Numbered from the stretch's first letter, positions 51,240 through 62,562 are shown. The stretch: DNA of 64,000 nt from Vitrella brassicaformis CCMP3155 (GCA_001179505.1 CDMY01001036.1:124001-188000); one strand, 5' to 3'. A program made the numbers and translations. The notes: generated by a model not told the origin, from the letters alone.

Positions 51240-51437
51240 AATGACAAAACCGTCAGGAGGGGACTACAATGCGATATAAGGCTGTCAACAGCTTGGAAGA
51301 GGCTTCTCAAAAAGGTTGAGCTCGCCAATTTCACAGCTAAGCTCGCAGACGAAGGAAGGAGGAGAGGAAAGGAGGTGTGACGATTGCAAGGCGAGTCCAT
51401 CCATTTGCTTGGATCTTGGCTTTTCATCTGTTCACCG

Positions 51438-51650
51438 ATGAGTGAGGCCCGGACGACGGTGTCGTGTGTGGTGTGGGTGCCCCGTGGGGTGGCCAAGGCA
51501 GTGCCCAGACAATATGAAATGACAGATGAAGAGGTACAGACGTGGAAGACGACGGCATTCATCTGCATCTGTTGTGACTGATTGTCTGTCTGTCTGTCGG
51601 TGCAGGAGGCCCAGCTCAAGACCTTGATGGAGGAGAGGGGCAAGAAGTAC

Positions 51651-51684
<34 letters not shown>

Positions 51685-54198
51685 ATGAATGCTCCCTCTC
51701 TCTCTCTCTCTCTCTCTCTCCGTGTGGTCAGGGCTGCCCCCAGTCGTTCCAACGACATCGATGTGGACAACGACGAGGGCAATGAGTGGGAGGATGTCAA
51801 CGACGACGACGATGATGATGATGCGATGATGGACACAGAGGAGACTAACACGGCGGTCAGCAAGAAGGCCACACAGCGGGTGTCTACCAGCAGCAGCATC
51901 ACCAAGAAGGCCAAGGCCAAAGCCAAGGCGGCTGCAGCGGCCGCACGACTCACCGGTACGGAAAGCTGGATTTGGATGGATGGATGGATGGATGGATGGA
52001 TGTGTGCAGGTCGTGCGACCGGAGCTGACGACGAGTTTGACATGGAGCATTATGAGGATGAGGAAGACGACGACGACCAATACGGTCGGCGCGCAGACCA
52101 ACACAGACAGACGGGGACGGACGGTATCTCTACGTTGTGTGTGCGTATGTGTTAGGGAAGAATTTCTTCAGCGTGTTGGACTCCGATCTGCCCCTTGCAC
52201 AAAACGATCCAAACATCAGAGACGAGGTACTGATGGCTGGATCACACATGTGTGTGTGCGTGTGTCCTTACTGCACCATGTGTGGTCTGAGGCCGACAGG
52301 AGGACAGCGATGCGGACGAGGACGTGGCCATCCGGCCCAACCAAGACCTCATCCTCGTTGCCGCATCGGCGGTGGGTGCATACACACACACGAGTGGATT
52401 GGAGGCAGCGCTATGTATGTATCTACTGATGTGGTCATGTGTGCGGATGTCGTCAGGAGCGTGACTTCTCGGTGCTGGAGGTGTACGTGTACGACCCCGA
52501 CGCACTCGGCTTCTTCGTCCACCACGACATCATGGTGTGTGTCCAGCACACACACAAACATGCACCCACACGCATGCTCTCATCGTTTGATGGCATGTGT
52601 CTGCCTGCAGGTGGGTTCTTATCCGCTGTGCCTCGAGTGGCTGAGCCAGGCGCCCACCAAGGCAGCAGCATCAACCGATGGCGCACAAACAAGTAGGCAT
52701 CCAGGCCCGTCAACACCGACCCCTACCAATGTTCTGTGACGCATGAATGCCTTGGCTGCAGGCAGCAATTTGGTGGCAGTGGGGTCCTTTGAGCCGCAAA
52801 TTGAGATATGGTATGTGGTGCACAAACGATACATCCACATGTACAATCGCATTATCTGTCGCTGTCTGTGGCTGATGTGCCGTGTCCACTAGGGATCTGG
52901 ATGTGTTGAACGCGATGGAGCCACTGGCAGTGTTGGGTGGTGGGGCTACCAAGAAGAAGAAGGGCGGCGGGGCGGGGAAGGGCCACAAGGGGGCCATCAT
53001 GTGCCTCAACGCCAACAAAATGCAGAGGTGGGTTGAAGGGGCATGATAGGCGTCCGTCGATTTGTGCAAGTATGTGTGGCGTGTACGTGTGGTCACCAGG
53101 CACATCATGTGCAGTGGAAGTACCGACGAGACTGTCAAGGTGTGGGACATCGAAAAAGCGGCATGCGTGCACACATACACCCACCACACTGACAAGGTAG
53201 GTGCCCCCCTCCCCCTACACACGCGTTTCCACACGTACTCACATGCGCAAATGTGTGTGTCTGGTCAGGTCCAGTGCGTCCGTTGGCACCCGATAGAGCA
53301 GCCCGTCCTGCTGAGTGCCGCATACGACAAGTCGGTGGCCGTGCTGGACGTCCGTGTGGACCAGAGCGGCACCAAGGGCGGACAGGGCATCGTGCGCGCC
53401 CCCCTGTCAGCCGACAGCGAGTGTGCCGTGTGGGACAGGCACCACCCGACCGTGTGCATGGTACACAACCCACCCACCACACAGGCATACGTCCACCGCT
53501 ATGCGGGGGTGTTGCGCAGGTCTCGACCGAGGACGGCTTCGTGACAGCCTATGACATTCGGCAGCTCAAGAGCGACCCCATCGCAACGCAGACCACCAAG
53601 AAAGGCAGGAAGGCCGCATCTGGCGCGGGCAGTGAGCCTCTTTGGCGACTGCATGCCCATCACCAGGCCGCCTCGGGCATCACCGACGCCGCAAGTGAGT
53701 AACAACTAAGGACACACGCAATGCAAGAGCGGCCGTCCAGTGATGTCTCTGTCTTTTCTTGTGTGTCTGATTGTTGTGTGTAGTTGCTGACATGTTGGTG
53801 ACGTGCTCCGTCGACGGCGCCGCGAAAGTGTGGAATAGAGCAGGTAGGTATCCGTGCTGGCTGGCTGCGTGTATGTGTACACTGACTGAGAGTGAATGGA
53901 TAGATTTGTGTGTTGTCCTAACACAGATCCCCAGAGCGACGGCAGCCCCTCCCTCGTGTTCGAGAAGGACCTCAAAGCGGTGCGTGATGAAGACGTACAA
54001 TGCAGCCGTCCCCTGATGTGTGTGTCGACGTGTGTGTCCATCGCATCGCGCCTCCTCCTATTTTGTCAGGGGAAGCTTTTCTGCTGCAGTGCCAACAGCG
54101 ACGTGCCGTCAGTGGTGTCCTTCGGCGGCTCGGTGCCCGTCGTGTGGGACGTCAGCACAGAACAGGCAATACGAGAGGCCTTTCACATACCAGAATGA
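51438..54198 (+). CDS. PWP1: Periodic tryptophan protein 1 homolog (WD40, ribosome biogenesis/chromatin)
   Basis: N-terminus TVSCVVWVPRGVAKAVPRQYEMTDEE; acidic DDEFDMEHYED; IRPNQDLIL; LEVYVYD..FVHHDI..YPLCLEW; GSFEPQIEIW|DLDVLNAMEP; WD repeats SGSTDETVKVWD, LSAAYDKSV and TCSVDGAAKVW. Confidence 0.9.
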
Positions 54199-54459
54199 CA
54201 CACACCGTGACTGAATGAGCATGCCGCTCATCCCATGCAGACAGCCAGGCAGACAATGTCATGCAGACAACCAACTGGTTTAGCCTTTCGAGACGACTTG
54301 AGTTAGTTTTGGTTGTGAGAGTGGATGTCGTGGTGTGTGATGGGACTTGTGTTTGAGACCTTACTCAATATGGTGGAAAGCAGTCACAGAAATGATCTGA
54401 AGCTGCTATGCAGCCAAGCTGTGGGGCAGACATGAGGCCAGAACTACATAGCGAAGCTC

Positions 54460-54632
54460 TGTCCCTGCACTCAGTGGCCAGGTCAGCAAAACGCCTCTGC
54501 TCATCAGGAGATTTACACGTCGAGATTTTGACGAGACGCGACGTCTTTTTCTTTTTTCCTTTTCGCCTTCCGCAGCGTTTTCTTTCATTCGTATTTCCCA
54601 AGCTGTTCCCCTTCTCCGCCTTCCGCTCTCGT
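54460..54632 (+). repeat. Dispersed repeat R1, copy a (non-coding, pyrimidine-rich)
   Basis: tgtccctgc(a)ctcagtggccaggtcagc..tttacacgtcgagatt..cttttttccttttc..ttcccaag.tgtt..cttctccgcctt aligns by eye with 56421-56596. Confidence 0.8.
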
Positions 54633-55054
54633 GCTTCGTGTGGATTTTGAGGGCTACTGCAGTTTCTCATGCTTAGTTGCAAGACGTAAGCGAGTGACGC
54701 GTACAGCGATGGATACACCAAGTGTCACTTTGTGTGTGGTTTCTGCATAGACAACTTGACTGCACAAGCCTCTCTTGCCAATCCGCGCGATTCCTAGGTG
54801 TAGACCTGGAAGAGAAGAGGACGATGCCGTCAGCACTCCGAGTCAGCGTCAAGTTCTTGGATGCAGCCCTCGACGACATTCGTAAGCTTACTGCAGCACC
54901 TTGATCATGTGTGTCAACTCGGGGATGAATACGCTTTTGGTGCACTTTCTCCTCTTGTGCAGTCCACCCCACGGTGCAGACGGAGAGGGAGGCCGCTAAG
55001 CTCAGGGCGTTTCATGCGTTCCTGAGCTTGACGCCACCCGAGCAGCCGCAGTTC

Positions 55055-55156
55055 CCCGTCGTGACGAAACCCAAGCTTGGCGCACAGACGGTCGATGACG
55101 GCCACACAGCTGACGACGACCACGGCCAGACGGCCAAGGACGAGGTTGAGGGCGGG
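55055..55156 (+). repeat. Inverted copy of part of an N-terminal exon of the DEAD-box/KH gene (source about 22981-23094)
   Basis: cccgtcgtgacgaaa..ggcgca.agacggtcgatgac..ggccacacagctgacgac..ggccaaggacgagg..gggcggg is shared; PVVTKPKLGAQTVDDGHTADD vs [25 protein letters not shown]. Confidence 0.8.
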
Positions 55157-55203
55157 TCTAACTTATCGGGATGAGGTAGTTCGTTGCCGGGGGCGTTGTC
55201 ATC

Positions 55204-56972
55204 ATGGACGAAAAAACGCATAGGCCTCCGCGCGAGTGCGCGACCTTCTCACGCCCAGAGAGGCCCCAGCTCCGATTCGTCTTTCTTCGTGAGGGCTCCG
55301 GTATCGCAGAGTTCACAGCCCCCGTGGCCCGCCTGAGTTTCAGGTTTGACCCGCGGTGTTACGTGAGTGCATTCATGGTGCAGTGGCAGCGAGAGGAGGT
55401 GCTTCATGACAAAGCTGTGTTGATTAGTGGAGACATCGGGCTGTTTCGTCGGTTGGAAGCGCACCTGGTGTACGGAGAACCGCTCAACGAGGGCGACACA
55501 CGAATTCTCCGCGATGAGCAGATGTTCCCCAACTTCATCGTATTCTCCAATACAGGTGAGGAAGGGCAAGGTGGGCAGAGAGGCTGGAGGGATTGACGCA
55601 CGGATGCAGATGCCTTTCTGTCATTCAGGATGTGCCAGCGTAGATCATGGCGTAGATGCGGGCTCCGCAGGAGATGGCGGCGCACAAGCAGCAGCAGGCG
55701 CCTCAGACGAGGCCCCGGTGGGTCACCGTGTTTGGTTTGAATACTGTGATTGTGCACAAATGGAGGAAATGGAGGCGTTGTCGTGTGTTTCAGGGTAACG
55801 CCGGCGCGGCGAGCGGCTCGAGGGAGCGTGGCGGAGAGGTGTGTGGCACGAATGGCAACGCTGGTGCGCCGCCGCCCGCGCCGGCCTTCCCCCAGAGTCA
55901 CCCACCCGCTTCCCCTTCCCTGAGTCAACAACCCACCGACATGGATGACGGTAGCCAGCCTGACGCCCCTCTGGCCCTGCCGGACGCCCCTCTGGCCCTG
56001 CCGCCCTTTCCCTTCCCCCATCTGGCCCTGCCGCCCTTTCCCTTCCCCCATCTGGCCCTGCCGTCGCGATCGGCCGCGCCCCCGCCGTCCCGTCGCCCCC
56101 CCGCCCTCAACTTGAGGGACAAGCAAGAGACCGGCCAGCCGGCAGCGGCAGCGGCGGCGGCAGCGGCTGTCCCGCCGCCTGCCTTTGAGCCGATCGTTCA
56201 TGTGAAGAGGGAGGACGAGAGCGAGATGGGCCAGGAGGACGCATACAGCATGCACGCAGAGGCGGCGGCCGGCATGCAGGAGGGGTATGAGGGCTATGGG
56301 GACCACGGAGGGATGGGAGAGGGGGAGGGGGAGGAGTGGGCTGTTGCATGTGGCGAGGGCGGTGACGTCGGTGTTGGAGTTGACGGATTGGGTGAGGGTG
56401 CGGTTGAGGGCGGGGGCGTGTGTCCCTGCTCAGTGGCCAGGTCAGCGAAAAAAAAACTCGCTTCGTCGTGGAAGTTTACACGTCGAGATTACTTTCCTGA
56501 GAGACGGCGACTGTTTTTTCTTTTTTTCCTTTTCACCTTCCAGTGCGTTTGTGGTTTCCCAAGGTGTTTCTCTTCTCCGCTTTGTCCGCCCTCGTCGATG
56601 AGTGTTTGTTCATCCCCTCAGCTGCTGGACGTCCGCCGCTGTACGTGCCGGCACCGGCGTATCCGCCACACCCGGCACCGGCGGCGCATTTGGCACTGCG
56701 GCCGCGCGGCATCCTTCCAGAAGGTACGTCACACACCATTGCAGGCACTGCTCACATGCATTGCTGCTGGTCGGTGCAGGCGCAGCTCCCCCAAGTCGGC
56801 TGGCTTCATCCAGCACGCGGCGGTAGGAGATCTCAAGAGTACTAGACGTGAGTGGGCAAACATTGTTGTGTGTATTGTGACATTCGCAGGTGACCACTGT
56901 CGCAGCTGGTGGACAGGTGAGCAGACACAAGGGCAGGAAAGGGTCTTAGTCAGGTCTATTGCTATCTTATGA
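55204..56972 (+). CDS. Possible chimeric 3-exon ORF running from a novel N-terminus through captured DEAD-box-gene sequence, R1b and out-of-frame RING14 sequence
   Basis: MDEK..FSNT |gtgagg..cattcag| GCASVDHG..EAP |gtgggt..tttcag| GNAGAASG..; frame open to 56972; C-terminal half looks non-natural. Confidence 0.35.
55961..56064 (+). repeat. In-frame tandem repeats: 21-bp unit x2 then 30-bp unit x2
   Basis: gacgcccctctggccctgccg x2 and ccctttcccttcccccatctggccctgccg x2 (PDAPLAL / PPFPFPHLAL). Confidence 0.85.
56318..56422 (+). repeat. Second inverted fragment of the same DEAD-box exon (source about 22850-22975)
   Basis: gggctgttgcatgtggcgagggcggtgac..ggtgttggagttgacggattgggtgaggg is shared, with a 24-nt in-frame deletion in the copy. 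Confidence 0.85.
56421..56596 (+). repeat. Dispersed repeat R1, copy b
   Basis: Aligns by eye with 54460-54632. Confidence 0.8.
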
Positions 56973-57079
56973 ATCCATTTTTGCAGCAACCGGCCGCTCG
57001 GCCTCGGCCCCCCGCGCCACAACCACACCCACAACCGCAGCCACTTCCACAGACCCACCCGCCCAGGTCAGCTGCATAG
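56598..57079 (+). pseudogene. Inverted genomic copy of RING14 exons 2-4 with introns (source 45807-46309)
   Basis: Near-continuous identity from atgagtgt.tgttcatcccctcagctgctggacgtccg to ..cccacccgcccaggtcagctgcatag, including intron sequence. Confidence 0.9.
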
Positions 57080-57440
57080 GCTCAACCACTTTGCCTACCA
57101 GGTCATTACCTGCACCACGGCAGAAAGAGAGCCGTCATAATGATGCACACACACATATCCTGGTTGCAGCAACTGCTTCTCGAGTCGATTGCGATTGTAG
57201 TTGCGCCGAAGCGGGTTGGTTTCTTCATGCTGACTGGCATGCCCAGCGACTGGATCAATTGGACTGGATTCCACAACCACGACGACCGCAAGCAGCCCCT
57301 CTACAGAGGTCCCTGATGTAGATTGATTGTTTGAGAGGAAGTGATATGTGTGTGTGTGTCTTCACTTCTTCTCAGAAATTGAAAGAAGGATGATCACCAC
57401 AACGAGTGTGTCCGTTGAAGTCCAAGATTGGCGTGACTGA
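57080..57440 (+). pseudogene. 5'-truncated fragment of an AMSH/STAMBP-like JAMM deubiquitinase gene (last 3 exons)
   Basis: LNHFAYQ |intron| QLLLESIAIVVAPKRVGFFMLTGMPSDWINWTGFHNHDDRKQPLYR |intron| EIERRMITTTSVSVEVQDWRD* parallels the AMSH C-terminus (..SYQMMLPESVAIVCSPK..GFFKLT..GFHPH..PLF..DLR*); the catalytic HxH motif is absent. Confidence 0.7.
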
Positions 57441-58655
57441 CTGGCTCCCCTCGTCTCTTTGTAGCCTGCCTGGTCGCATGTTTGTATTGATCGACAAGAT
57501 GCACGCAGCACTCGGGTAATTGGTGGAGAGAGGAATACGGGTGCTTGGATGCATCACCATACTCTCTGCGTGGGCCATTCATGTGCAGGATGAGAAAGGT
57601 CGGTTGCTGCGCGATGTGGACAAGTCGACGCCCTTTCAACCGAATGCGCCGCTCTTAAGGAGGAAGTCGACAAGTGAGAACAAATCACAGGACCCAAATC
57701 GCACATCGTACATACGGAGGTGCAGGTCTCGTGAGCGTGAGGCGGCCATCAGTGAGCTGCAGGCCGCTGTGGCCGAGAAGGACACGCAGATGGTGGAGAT
57801 GAAGGAACAATTCGTACGAAAGACAAGACAGACACACACGAGATGCGTCGATGTCTCCGGCCATTCATGAATGCTGCTGCTTGCCCTCAGGACCTCCTAC
57901 AAGTCCATTACAATGACTACGTCATGCTCGCCCGTCGTCAACAAGACAAAATCCAGGTGAGACAAGGAAGCGTCAACGGTATACGGGACTGGTCGATGTC
58001 TACGTGTCTGTCTGTCTGTCTGTCTGTCTGTCTCGATAAGGGCATCGAGACAGAGAACCGGGCGTTAAAGGAGCGCCTCGTATGCAGGAAGAGACACACA
58101 TTCACATGATGCCTTTGACTTTTTTCGGGCTGCTTTGCGCTGCAGGACATGCTGCAAGGGCACTACAATGAATTGCTCATCTGCATCGGAGCCCCACTGC
58201 TTTGTGCTCCAACGCCCACCACGCCCGCCTCCCCACTTCCGCCATCCCCTCCGCAGCAAGAGCAGCAGCGAGCCCGTTACGCCGCATGTCTTCTTTTGCT
58301 GTCTGTTGTCTCAAGCAGATAATTTTGGTGCTGACGCGTTGCCCAGGATGCCATCGACACTCAGACGGTGAGCCGTGGCGCATCCAACCGGCCGCGTGTG
58401 CTCTTCTGCATTGCCTTCGGTGTGTCTCTGTCAGGAGAGCATTGGTGAGACGTTGAGGAAGGTGCGGGGCCTTGTCAACCAGTTTGCAGGGTTCCAGGCA
58501 CAGGTCAGACGCACACCAGATAGCATCACCTGGACTTCTCTCTCACTTGCTTTGCGTGTCCAGGCGCCAGAGTTGTTGGGTTTTCTGACTTCTAAGGTGC
58601 GCATCACACCCACTCGGCCCCCAAAGTCCGTGCATTCATGTTTTGCTCCACGGAC

Positions 58656-58678
58656 TTCAGGGTTTCAGGGTTTCAGGG
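58656..58678 (+). repeat. Short telomere-like tandem repeat (TTTCAGGG, about 3 copies)
   Basis: ttcaggg tttcaggg tttcaggg. Confidence 0.6.
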
Positions 58679-59875
58679 AAGGACGCCCTTCCCAAATTTA
58701 CGCATCAAGGGAGACCGCCAGAGGTAAGCCCCACGCAGGCAGCTCTCAAGGCTCAATGAGGCCCATGGAAGGAGGGAGAAAGAGCCCTAAGCGCAGCAAG
58801 ACACATGAGGACAGGTGGGAACGATGTCATGCATCTGTAGTGATGCCATGTCAGATCTCCTTTCTTCTTTGATGTTTTCTGTGGGTTCTCAGTGTGAGGA
58901 TGCGTCTGAACGACGCCAAGGCGTTCCCGAGCCTGTTTTCATCGGCCAGTGGCGCCACCACTCGCAACAGCAGCAGCGAGGATATCGACTTGCAGCCCGC
59001 CCGTATTGCCCAGGCCGCTCACGCGATGCTGTGCTCCATCGACATCGCAGACGCAAACACAGCTGGTGATGGTGCCGGTGATGGGAGGGGGAGTGACTGG
59101 GCAGGGGGTAGCGGTGGGCAGAGGGCGGAAGAGTGTGCGGCCCAGGCTGGCGCCGACATGGATGCGGACATGGAGGGACCATCCAAGGGCGCCGACCAAC
59201 ACCAGAAGCTCAAACATCGCAAAAGAAAGGTGCACAGCCACCATGCCAGCCAACCCCATTGTATTTGTCGCTGTATGTGGATGTGCTGCGGGATCAGGCC
59301 AAGGACACCTCAGCTTCATCCAAGATACCCGCACTCGTCAAGCTCTGCCTAGACAAAAGATATGTGTCTACATGTGTGCCATCTATCCACATACCCTCTC
59401 TCTCTGTATGTGTGTGCCTTGGTTTAGCTGTCGCGCCAATTTGAGGAGATCCTCGAGCCCCCAGCTCCCAAGAAGCCACGCCAGAAGAAGGCCCCCCACA
59501 CAGACCACTCGGAGGTCGGACCGACTCCCCACCCCCCCTCCCCCTACACACACACACATACAGACGAAGAAATCAACCCCACTCGGTTTGCCCCCTCTCT
59601 CTCTCTCTGTGTCTGTGTGTGTGTGTGTGTGTGTGGCATGGACAGGGGACAAGACCGTCATTGTCAGAGATAGACCACACACACACGCACTCAAGGACGT
59701 TCGTGACTCTCTCTCTCTCTCTGTATGTGTGTGTGTGCGTGTCTGCACAGAGAAAGTACCATCAGCTCAAGGGCGAGGCTAACGGCACACGGTCCTTTGA
59801 GGACCAGCTGACCGCCCTCCACCAGGAACTGGCAGCGTCTCGCGAGCTGACCGAGACCAAACAGAAGCAGGTGCG

Positions 59876-60175
59876 NNNNNNNNNNNNNNNNNNNNNNNNN
59901 NNNNNNNNNNNNNNNNNNNNNNNNNNNNNNNNNNNNNNNNNNNNNNNNNNNNNNNNNNNNNNNNNNNNNNNNNNNNNNNNNNNNNNNNNNNNNNNNNNNN
60001 NNNNNNNNNNNNNNNNNNNNNNNNNNNNNNNNNNNNNNNNNNNNNNNNNNNNNNNNNNNNNNNNNNNNNNNNNNNNNNNNNNNNNNNNNNNNNNNNNNNN
60101 NNNNNNNNNNNNNNNNNNNNNNNNNNNNNNNNNNNNNNNNNNNNNNNNNNNNNNNNNNNNNNNNNNNNNNNNNNN
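59876..60175. other. Assembly gap (300 N)
   Basis: N run followed by poly-G. Confidence 0.99.
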
Positions 60176-62216
60176 GGGGGGGGGGTGAGAGAGGAGAGTG
60201 AGGTAGCTGGTAGATAGCTAGCACCTCTTCACCAATTTCTCGAGGCGCAGACAGACGTTGAGCGGGCCCCTGTCTTGCCGATAGGGGCTGCCTTGCACAC
60301 GCCCCTGTCGGATGTTCATGAGGGTCACACCCAGACAGAGAGACAGACAGACAGACAGGACAGGACAGGACAGGCGGCCATGCTTGCTGCAGGGATGCAT
60401 CTCCCCTTATTCATCTGTGTCATTGTGCTCATCTACCTCTGTCTCTCTGTGCCTGATGTGTCTGATGTGTGTGTGTGTCTGTACCGTGGCCATACAGCCG
60501 CGCAGGACACGATGACGAAGCAGCTGATGCAGAAGGAGGCGCAAGTCAAGTGAGACCATCCAGACACTGCATCCCAACCACCCATGTATGTTCCCACACC
60601 TGTCTGCATGTCTGTCTGTGTTGTGTTTGTCAATTGTCTGACCGCCAGCAGGAGGAGCCACGGTGCTCAGCCACCCGCGTGTGTCATATTAGTTGCTCTG
60701 TGCGGCGTGTGGCTGCCCTCCGGAAGCCATAGGCCACTCCCCGACGCAGCTACCTCGGCCAAGCATCGCTGCCTACACTTTATATCCTGTTGTCCTGTCG
60801 TCGTTGTGTCTGTAGCCATTTCATGCAGGAGCAGCGCCCCCAGTGGGCCGATATCTCTCTGTCCCTCAGCGAGTTGGACGTCAGTCAAAGTTGAGGTCAA
60901 GGAGAACGAGATTCGGTGACCGGGTACATAAAAGAAATATGCTCAATAACAAACAGACGTGAGTGACCACCGCACACATATACACACGTGTCCGTGAATT
61001 TGTCGTCTCGTTCTATGTCCGTGTCCACACAGGCAGATTGATGCCTTGCAAGGCTGCTGACGAGCAGGCCGCCAGGCTGAATGACATCAACGCCCAGCTC
61101 AAGAAACTCACCGAGAACTCGCAGGTAGACGAGCAGGGTGACACCACAGACAGTCGCGTGTTGATGTGCGGATATAATTTGATGTGTGGATGGATGGCCA
61201 TGGGTGTGTGCAGGAGTTGAACGGCCAGACCAACGAGTTGACCAAGGATGCTAGAGGACAACTGCAGGTGAGTGAGCGACACACATCCACAACCCCCCAT
61301 CAACACACAGATTGATGTCATTCACCGCTTTGTTGAGTTTGCCGATCCGGCCACACATGACGAGGACGACAAGGCGTATCGGGAGTGCCTGAAGAATCGC
61401 GCGGGCTCGCTGTTTGTCGTTTCGGGGGAATCCAGCCAGCCGTAGGCTTCAACAGTCATCTTGCCTACGGTCCTCGTGTTTGTTTCCAAGAAGAAGGCCA
61501 AAGCAGACTGGACCCATCTGAGGCCTGTGTTGCCTATTCTCATGGAGCTCTTTCAAAGATCCTTTGCCAGCTGGAGACGCTCGTGATTGCGGTAAGGAGG
61601 GCGGGGGGCGGGGGAAGGGAGCGCAGGCTAACTTCATGAATCCGATCTCATGATTGTTATGATGCATGTGTATGTCCCTGGATGGACGATTTGTCGCAGT
61701 TCAAGACGGCCTGTAAGGCTGGAGATATGCTGGAAGCCTTCAAGATCTACACGCAGATCAAGGAGCAGCTGGTGGGTGTATACGTGGCTGTCTGTCCGTC
61801 TGTTTGTCTGTCTGTCTGTCTGTCTATGTGCACGGATACATATCGACAAGCTCAGACACATCCATCTATTGTCCTTCTTCTCTCTGTGTGTGCCCTTTTG
61901 CAGGCCATCGTGTTCCGTCTCAAGACGCTGCAAACCTCTTGGGGCCATCACGTAAGGACTGAAAGACAGAGCAAGCACCCATGCACATTCTGTCTGTCCG
62001 TCTGTTTGTCTGTCTGTCTATGTGCACACACCTTCAGTCTCACGCCGTGCTTCAAGATCTCATCGACAGACTTGAGAGCATGCGCAACTCCTTGTTGTTG
62101 TGGGAAGAGAGATGGAAAAAAGCGGTGAAATTGATGAATCGCGACCAAAAACTTATGCTTGCACGTCAGGTGAGACGATAAGATGACGAGCAGATGGCGC
62201 AGTGTAACTTTCTCTT

Positions 62217-62562
62217 CTCCAGATGGGCATGGCGCAAGGCCTCCAGCAGGGCATCGCCCAGGGGTGGGACCAGGCCACGCGATGCGTGGTCTGTTTCGCC
62301 GCCCCGAGGGACACCGTCACCCGACCATGCGTAAGCAGTGACAGACACTAGCCACTGGATGTACTCAGAAGTTGTTCCTCACTTGACCAATGTTTTCACT
62401 GTGTGTGTGTGTGCAGGGCCACATGTGCATGCGCCAGGGCTGCGCTGCCCATATTGCTCTCTGGCCCCATCTGCCAAGGCCCAAACAACCCGAATGCCCC
62501 GCTGCCCTCAAACGCCCCGACCTTCCTCTCGTGATAGTGCTGCCCGTGTTGCTTCCTGGGGG
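62217..62562 (+). pseudogene. Inverted genomic copy of the RING14 3' end (RING exons, intron, 3' flank; source 44926-45272), degraded
   Basis: MGMAQGLQQGIAQGWDQATRCVVCFAAPRDTVTRPC |same intron| GHMCMRQGC; Cys-to-Arg change and a +1 frameshift before the last Cys pair. Confidence 0.9.

Larger units (their letters stand above)
57490..62170 (+). pseudogene. Decayed multi-exon coiled-coil gene(s), family copy A (spans a gap)
   Basis: Heptad-like exons (SREREAAISELQAAVAEKDTQMVEMKEQF; GIETENRALKERL; FEDQLTALHQELAASREL; AADEQAARLNDINAQLKKL; LQDLIDRLESMRNSLLLWEERW). Frameshifts near 57630 and 61050 and an in-frame TAG at 61443. May be more than one gene. Confidence 0.6.

Noticed and set aside
57067-57079. 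Spliced RING14-AMSH fusion through gtcagctgcatag
   Set aside because: The phases match, but the intron would be only 13 nt; unspliced, the frame hits TAG.
12575-60175. Four equal-length 300-nt elements
   Set aside because: These are placeholder scaffold gaps, mostly next to G/C homopolymer runs; they are technical, not biological.
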